Shown one piece after another: positions 1 through 5,443 of a stretch of DNA of 5,443 nucleotides. The DNA comes from Amoebophrya sp. A120. Lineage: Eukaryota > Protista > Dinoflagellata. The notes beneath the pieces are model-generated. The model was not told the origin of the DNA. It did no database searches and was given only the letters and a program-made list of their open reading frames with translations. Position numbers and translations under genes: made by a program. The stretch is from positions 8,634 to 14,076 of the forward strand of contig CAJINV010000043.1 of the NCBI GenBank assembly GCA_905178155.1. The letters run 5' to 3'. The stretch's first letter is position 1. Every line of letters begins with the position of its first letter.

Positions 1-472
1 CCGTCGTGGATATCAATTTGAAAGGGGCGACAGAACCAAACGGCCAAAAGGGCAAAAGCGTGAAGCAGAATCAAAGGAAACAAGGCAGAAACGAAGGCCA
101 TCCCGGCGGCGGATTAGTATACTGGCTGGCCGTCCGGCGCGAGCTTCAGAAGCGGCGAAAAGGAGACGAGAAACGACCACAAAACGGCAGCCCGTCAGAT
201 TGCTATCGCCGTCGTGGATATCAATTTGAAAGGGGCGACAGAGCCAAACGGCCAAAAGGGTGGGCAAAAGCGTAAAGCAGAATCAAAGGAAACAAGGCAG
301 AAGCGAAGGCCATCCCGGCGGCGGATTAGTATGGTGGGTGGTCGTCCGGCGCGAGCTTCAGAAGCAGCGAAAAGGAGACGAGAAACGACCACAAAAAGGC
401 AGCCCGTCAGATTGCTACCACCATCGTGGAGATCAATCTGAAAGGGGCGACAGAACCAAACGGCCAAAAGGG
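1..472. repeat. Tandem repeat family A, ~208-bp unit, ~2.3 copies visible (truncated by window start)
   Basis: CC(G/A)TCGTGGA(T/G)ATCAAT(T/C)TGAAAGGGGCGACAGA recurs at 1, 209 and 421. The periods are 208 and 212; copy 2 has an extra TGGG at ~261-264. The + strand is strongly A/G-rich. Confidence 0.96.
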
Positions 473-872
473 ACCACTTTCCGCCTTAGAAAAACACCAG
501 CTGGCGAGAGGATAAACAGAGCGGGGCTATCCTATCCAGAAGTAGGCCAAAACTGTGGCGGTCTCGTTGTTGGTTTTGCTACTCTCGCAGGCCTCGCGAA
601 TACAAGGCGGGACCATTTTCCGCCTTACAAATACACCAGCCGGCGATAGGATAAACAGAGCGGGCCTATCCTGTCCAGAAGTAGGCCAAAACTGTGGCGA
701 TCTTCTTGTTGATTTTGCTACCCGCGCAGGGCTCGCGAATACAAGGTGGGACCATTTTCCGCCTTAGAAATACACTAGCCGGCGGTAGGATATACAGAGC
801 GGGGCCATCATCTCCAGAAGTAGGCCAAAACGGTGGCGCTGTTCTTGTTGGCTTTGCTATTCGCACAGGGCT
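470..872. repeat. Tandem repeat family B, 139-bp unit, ~2.9 diverged copies
   Basis: GGGACCA(C/T)TTTCCGCCTTA starts at 470, 609 and 748, an exact 139-bp period. TCCAGAAGTAGGCCAAAAC is present in all three copies. Similarity ends after CAGGGCT (~872). Confidence 0.96.
604..626. repeat. Short inverted repeat spanning the family B unit boundary
   Basis: AAGGCGGGA-CCATT-TTCCGCCTT: 7 perfect pairs plus G.T and A-T. A variant, AAGGTGGGA-CCATT-TTCCGCCTT, lies at 743-765. Confidence 0.65.
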
Positions 873-879
873 GCTGGGT

Positions 880-1152
880 CGGATTTTGCAGCACAGAACG
901 AGTCCAGGCGGGCTCGTTCCTGTGTGGCCTTATCAGCATGACAAACCGCATACCTCGGCTGCACTTTGTACGGCGGATTTTGGAGCACAGAACGAGTCCA
1001 GGTGGACTCGTTCCTGTGCGGCCGTATCAGCATGACAAACTGCATACCTTGGATGCGCTTTGTAGTGCGGATTTTGCAGCACAGAACAAGTCTAGGTGGA
1101 CTCGTTCGTGTGCGGCCGTATCATCATGACAAACGGCATACCTTGGGTGCGC
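880..1152. repeat. Tandem repeat family C, 94-bp unit, ~2.9 diverged copies
   Basis: CGGATTTTG(C/G)AGCACAGAAC starts at 880, 974 and 1068, an exact 94-bp period. CATGACAAAC.GCATACCT is present in all three copies. Confidence 0.96.
985..1019. repeat. Inverted repeat in the family C unit (16-bp arms, one extra base in the right arm)
   Basis: GCACAGAACGAGTCCA (985-1000), GG, TGGACTCGTTCCTGTGC (1003-1019). Imperfect versions occur at 891-925 and 1079-1113. Confidence 0.9.
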
Positions 1153-1173
1153 CTTTTAATTATACAAAATTAT
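1153..1173. other. Unique AT-rich linker between families C and D
   Basis: CTTTTAATTATACAAAATTAT is nearly all A/T in a GC-rich window and matches none of the repeat units. Confidence 0.7.
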
Positions 1174-1439
1174 GCTGGCCCGCTGCCGGATTCGCGCCAG
1201 TGCAAAGAGGCTCGTGGGGTTTAAGCTCCGCCCGCTCTCCAGAAATAGGCATTTTGTTCGCGAATCCGACGGACCGTCGGATTTGCGAACAAACCGAGTA
1301 GTTTGGGTCAGGTCTGGCGCAGCATAGCATGGTGGTAGCTGCGGCACGGCTCCAGGCAGTCCGGCTAGCTGGCATGGCCGTGCTCGCACCAGAGCAAAGA
1401 TTCTCGTGCTATTTAGGCCCCGCTCGCTGTGCAGAAATG

Positions 1440-4397
1440 GCCATTTTGTTCGCGAATCTGACGGACCGTCAGATTCGCGAACAAACCGAGTAGTTTGGGT
1501 CAGGTCTGGCACAGCATAGCATGGGGGCTAGCTACGCCACGGCTCCTGGCAATGCGGCTAGCTGGCGACGCCGTGCTCGCACCAGAGCAAAGAGTACCGT
1601 GCTGCTTAGGCTTCGCCCGCTGTCCAGAAATTGCCATTTTGTTCGCGAATCTGACGGACCGTCAGATTCGCGAACAAACCGAGTAGTTTGGGTCAGGTCT
1701 GGCACAGCATAGCATGGGGGCTAGCTACGCCACGGCTCCTGGCAATGCGGCTAGCTGGCGATGCCGTGCTCGCACCAGAGCAAAGAATACCGTGCTGCTT
1801 AGGCTTCGCCCGCTGTCCAGAAATTGCCATTTTGTTCGCGAATCTGACGGACCGTCAGATTCGCGAACAAACCGAGTAGTTTGGGTCAGGTCTGGCACAG
1901 CATAGCATGGGGGCTAGCTACGCCACGGCTCCTGGCAATGCGGCTAGCTGGCGACGCCGTGCTCGCACCAGAGCAAAGAATACCGTGCTGCTTAGGCTTC
2001 GCCCGCTGTCCAGAAATTGCCATTTTGTTCGCGAATCTGACGGACCGTCAGATTCGCGAACAAACCGAGTAGTTTGGGTCAGGTCTGGCACAGCATAGCA
2101 TGGGGGCTAGCTACGCCACGGCTCCTGGCAATGCGGCTAGCTGGCGACGCCGTGCTCGCACCAGAGCAAAGAATACCGTGCTGCTTAGGCTTCGCCCGCT
2201 GTCCAGAAATTGCCATTTTGTTCGCGAATCTGACGGACCGTCAGATTCGCGAACAAACCGAGTAGTTTGGGTCAGGTCTGGCACAGCATAGCATGGGGGC
2301 TAGCTACGCCACGGCTCCTGGCAATGCGGCTAGCTGGCGACGCCGTGCTCGCACCAGAGCAAAGAATACCGTGCTGCTTAGGCTTCGCCCGCTGTCCAGA
2401 AATTGCCATTTTGTTCGCGAATCTGACGGACCGTCAGATTCGCGAACAAACCGAGTAGTTTGGGTCAGGTCTGGCACAGCATAGCATGGGGGCTAGCTAC
2501 GCCACGGCTCCTGGCAATGCGGCTAGCTGGCGACGCCGTGCTCGCACCAGAGCAAAGAATACCGTGCTGCTTAGGCTTCGCCCGCTGTCCAGAAATTGCC
2601 ATTTTGTTCGCGAATCTGACGGACCGTCAGATTCGCGAACAAACCGAGTAGTTTGGGTCAGGTCTGGCACAGCATAGCATGGGGGCTAGCTACGCCACGG
2701 CTCCTGGCAATGCGGCTAGCTGGCGACGCCGTGCTCGCACCAGAGCAAAGAATACCGTGCTGCTTAGGCTTCGCCCGCTGTCCAGAAATTGCCATTTTGT
2801 TCGCGAATCTGACGGACCGTCAGATTCGCGAACAAACCGAGTAGTTTGGGTCAGGTCTGGCACAGCATAGCATGGGGGCTAGCTACGCCACGGCTCCTGG
2901 CAATGCGGCTAGCTGGCGACGCCGTGCTCGCACCAGAGCAAAGAATACCGTGCTGCTTAGGCTTCGCCCGCTGTCCAGAAATTGCCATTTTGTTCGCGAA
3001 TCTGACGGACCGTCAGATTCGCGAACAAACCGAGTAGTTTGGGTCAGGTCTGGCACAGCATAGCATGGGGGCTAGCTACGCCACGGCTCCTGGCAATGCG
3101 GCTAGCTGGCGACGCCGTGCTCGCACCAGAGCAAAGAATACCGTGCTGCTTAGGCTTCGCCCGCTGTCCAGAAATTGCCATTTTGTTCGCGAATCTGACG
3201 GACCGTCAGATTCGCGAACAAACCGAGTAGTTTGGGTCAGGTCTGGCACAGCATAGCATGGGGGCTAGCTACGCCACGGCTCCTGGCAATGCGGCTAGCT
3301 GGCGACGCCGTGCTCGCACCAGAGCAAAGAATACCGTGCTGCTTAGGCTTCGCCCGCTGTCCAGAAATTGCCATTTTGTTCGCGAATCTGACGGACCGTC
3401 AGATTCGCGAACAAACCGAGTAGTTTGGGTCAGGTCTGGCACAGCATAGCATGGGGGCTAGCTACGCCACGGCTCCTGGCAATGCGGCTAGCTGGCGACG
3501 CCGTGCTCGCACCAGAGCAAAGAATACCGTGCTGCTTAGGCTTCGCCCGCTGTCCAGAAATTGCCATTTTGTTCGCGAATCTGACGGACCGTCAGATTCG
3601 CGAACAAACCGAGTAGTTTGGGTCAGGTCTGGCACAGCATAGCATGGGGGCTAGCTACGCCACGGCTCCTGGCAATGCGGCTAGCTGGCGACGCCGTGCT
3701 CGCACCAGAGCAAAGAATACCGTGCTGCTTAGGCTTCGCCCGCTGTCCAGAAATTGCCATTTTGTTCGCGAATCTGACGGACCGTCAGATTCGCGAACAA
3801 ACCGAGTAGTTTGGGTCAGGTCTGGCACAGCATAGCATGGGGGCTAGCTACGCCACGGCTCCTGGCAATGCGGCTAGCTGGCGACGCCGTGCTCGCACCA
3901 GAGCAAAGAATACCGTGCTGCTTAGGCTTCGCCCGCTGTCCAGAAATTGCCATTTTGTTCGCGAATCTGACGGACCGTCAGATTCGCGAACAAACCGAGT
4001 AGTTTGGGTCAGGTCTGGCACAGCATAGCATGGGGGCTAGCTACGCCACGGCTCCTGGCAATGCGGCTAGCTGGCGACGCCGTGCTCGCACCAGAGCAAA
4101 GAATACCGTGCTGCTTAGGCTTCGCCCGCTGTCCAGAAATTGCCATTTTGTTCGCGAATCTGACGGACCGTCAGATTCGCGAACAAACCGAGTAGTTTGG
4201 GTCAGGTCTGGCACAGCATAGCATGGGGGCTAGCTACGCCACGGCTCCTGGCAATGCGGCTAGCTGGCGACGCCGTGCTCGCACCAGAGCAAAGAATACC
4301 GTGCTGCTTAGGCTTCGCCCGCTGTCCAGAAATTGCCATTTTGTTCGCGAATCTGACGGACCGTCAGATTCGCGAACAAACCGAGTAGTTTGGGTCA
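1440..4397. repeat. Homogeneous core of family D (~15.3 nearly identical units)
   Basis: Only two variants were seen: G at 1594 (consensus A) and T at 1762 (consensus C). The repeated ORF translations are otherwise identical. Divergence resumes at 4398. Confidence 0.93.
1445..1485. repeat. 41-bp palindrome of the family D unit (representative of 21 copies)
   Basis: TTTGTTCGCGAATCTGACGG-A-CCGTCAGATTCGCGAACAAA has 20-bp perfectly complementary arms and a 1-nt centre. Each arm contains the self-palindrome TTCGCGAA. Confidence 0.99.
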
Positions 4398-5213
4398 TGT
4401 CTGACGCAGCATAGCATGCGGGATAGCTGCGGGACGGCTCCTGGCCATGGCGCTAGCTGGCAATGCCGTGCTCGCGCTAGAACAAGCATTCTCGTGCTGT
4501 TTAGGCTCCGCCCGCTGTCCAGAAGTTGCCATTTTGTTCGCGAATCTTACGGACCGTCAGATTCGCGAACAAAGTGACTAGCTCGGGTCAGATCTGGCGC
4601 AGCATAGCATGGGGGCTAGCTGCGGGACGGCTCCAGCCAATCCGGCTACCTGGCAAGGCCGTGCTCGCACCAGAACAAGGATTCTCGTGCTGTTTAGGCT
4701 CCGCCCGCTGTCCACAAATTGCCATTTTGTTCGCGAATCTGATTGACCGTCAGATTCGCGAACAAAGTGACTAGCTTGGGTCAGGTCTGGCTCAGCATAG
4801 CATGTGGGCTAGCTGCGGGACGGCTCCAGGCAATCCGACTAGCTGGCATGGCCGTGCTCGCACCAGAGCAAAGATTCTCGCGCTATTTAGGCCCCGCCCG
4901 CTGTCCACAAATTGCCATTTTGTTCGCGAATCCGACGGACCGTCGGATTCGCGAACAAAGTGATTATCTTGGGTCAGGCCTGATGCAGCATAGCATGGGG
5001 GATAGCTGCAGGACGGCTCCAGGCCTTGGGGCTAGCTGGCAATGCCGTGCTCGCACTAGAACAAGCATTCTCGTGCTGTTTAGGCCCCGCCCGCTGTCCA
5101 CAAATTGCCATTTTGTTCGCGAGTCTGACGGGCCGTCAGATTCGCGAACAAAGTGACTAGCTTGGGTCAGGTCTGGCGCAGCATAGCATGGGGGCTAGCT
5201 GCGGCAAAGCGCA

Positions 5214-5443
5214 AATATTCCAGGACACAAAGTTTCCTGGTCGGAGGCATAATTCCGTGTCCTGGAATATTCATGAATATTCCAGGGGGGAATATTCATG
5301 AATATTCCAGGGGACAAAGTCTCCGGGCCGGAGGCGGAAATTCGTGTCCTGGAATATTCATGAATATTCCAGGACACAAAAACTCCGGGTCGCAGGCAGG
5401 ATTTCGTGTCCTGGAATATTCATGAATATTCCAGGACACAAAG
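5214..5443. repeat. Tandem repeat family E, 62-bp unit = 34-bp palindrome + 28-bp linker (continues to window end)
   Basis: GTGTCCTGGAATATTCATGAATATTCCAGGACAC is perfect at 5344-5377 and 5406-5439. A partial right arm lies at 5214-5228, and the copy at 5257-5315 carries a 25-bp internal duplication. The linkers at 5229-5256, 5316-5343 and 5378-5405 are all 28 bp. Confidence 0.97.
5351..5370. promoter_or_regulatory. Heat-shock-element-like site (four perfect alternating nGAAn pentamers); also at 5264-5283, 5289-5308 and 5413-5432
   Basis: gGAAt-aTTCa-tGAAt-aTTCc matches the HSF consensus nGAAnnTTCnnGAAnnTTCn. It is flanked in phase by the one-mismatch pentamers gTCCt and aGGAc. This is a sequence match only; function and host are unknown. 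Confidence 0.45.

Larger units (their letters stand above)
1174..5206. repeat. Tandem repeat family D (satellite-like), 193-bp unit, ~21 copies
   Basis: Palindrome centres lie at 1273, then at 1465+193k for k=0..19 (last at 5132); the first interval is 192. The ORF track repeats with a 193-nt period. The array starts in a degenerate partial unit (~1174-1250) and ends at GCTAGCTGCGGCA (~5206). Confidence 0.99.

Noticed and set aside
6-1375. Overlapping 62-129-aa ORFs on both strands across families A-C
   Set aside because: Unit lengths 208/212, 139 and 94 shift the frame in each copy, so the same peptide fragments reappear in different ORFs. The ORFs cross family junctions and resemble no protein family I recognise.
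1445-1485. Rho-independent terminator
   Set aside because: There is no upstream gene, no real loop, and only 3-4 T residues, which are part of or adjacent to the stem itself.
1495-4414. Thirty near-identical 63-aa ORFs in two overlapping frames (MGQVWHS..., MGASYAT...)
   Set aside because: They are by-products of the 193-bp period, which is not a multiple of 3. One series starts at TTG, both run through a DNA palindrome, no domain is recognisable, and starts and stops are not preserved in the diverged flank units.
1174-5206. CRISPR array or integron attC cassette array with 41-bp palindromes
   Set aside because: The intervening 152-bp segments are identical or homologous rather than unique. 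The palindrome lacks attC RYYYAAC/GTTRRRY ends and extrahelical bases.
1174-5206. Tandem tRNA, 5S rRNA or spliced-leader RNA gene array
   Set aside because: I found no cloverleaf, T-loop GTTCRA in tRNA context, 5S conserved motifs or recognisable spliced-leader sequence. An Rfam/Infernal scan would be the decisive test.
4526-5425. Longer ORFs (82, 137, 90 and 60 aa) in the right flank and family E
   Set aside because: They result from chance loss of stop codons in diverged repeat units. The repeated peptides (PGIFMNIP, NIHEYSR) appear on both strands simply because the DNA is palindromic.
5214-5443. CRISPR array (34-bp palindromic repeat + 28-bp spacer)
   Set aside because: The spacers are homologous to each other (~75% identical), the repeat is a full perfect palindrome rather than a short hairpin with a 3' GAAA(C/G)-type end, and no cas gene or leader is visible.
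1-5443. Calling the region a defined mobile element (Helitron, MITE) or a viral hr
   Set aside because: No termini, target-site duplication, transposase, Rep/helicase or viral gene lies within the window. It is kept only as a hypothesis.

Overview
This window has no credible protein-coding gene, RNA gene or CRISPR array. Almost all of it is five different tandem-repeat families placed end to end: A, ~208-bp unit (1-472, ~2.3 copies, cut by the window start); B, 139-bp unit (470-872, ~2.9 copies); C, 94-bp unit (880-1152, ~2.9 copies); D, 193-bp unit (~1174-5206, ~21 copies, with a nearly invariant core at 1440-4397 and diverged flanks); E, 62-bp unit (5214-5443, running off the window end). 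Every family carries an inverted repeat. D has a 41-bp palindrome with a 1-nt centre and E a perfect 34-bp palindrome; both are more conserved than the rest of their units. The E palindrome reads as a heat-shock-element-type nGAAn array. All ORFs in the track are by-products of the repeats. The source organism cannot be identified from the sequence alone. Eukaryotic satellite DNA, the interior of a transposon (e.g. Helitron-like), or a large-DNA-virus hr/origin-like region are all candidates by inference. All counts were made by eye.
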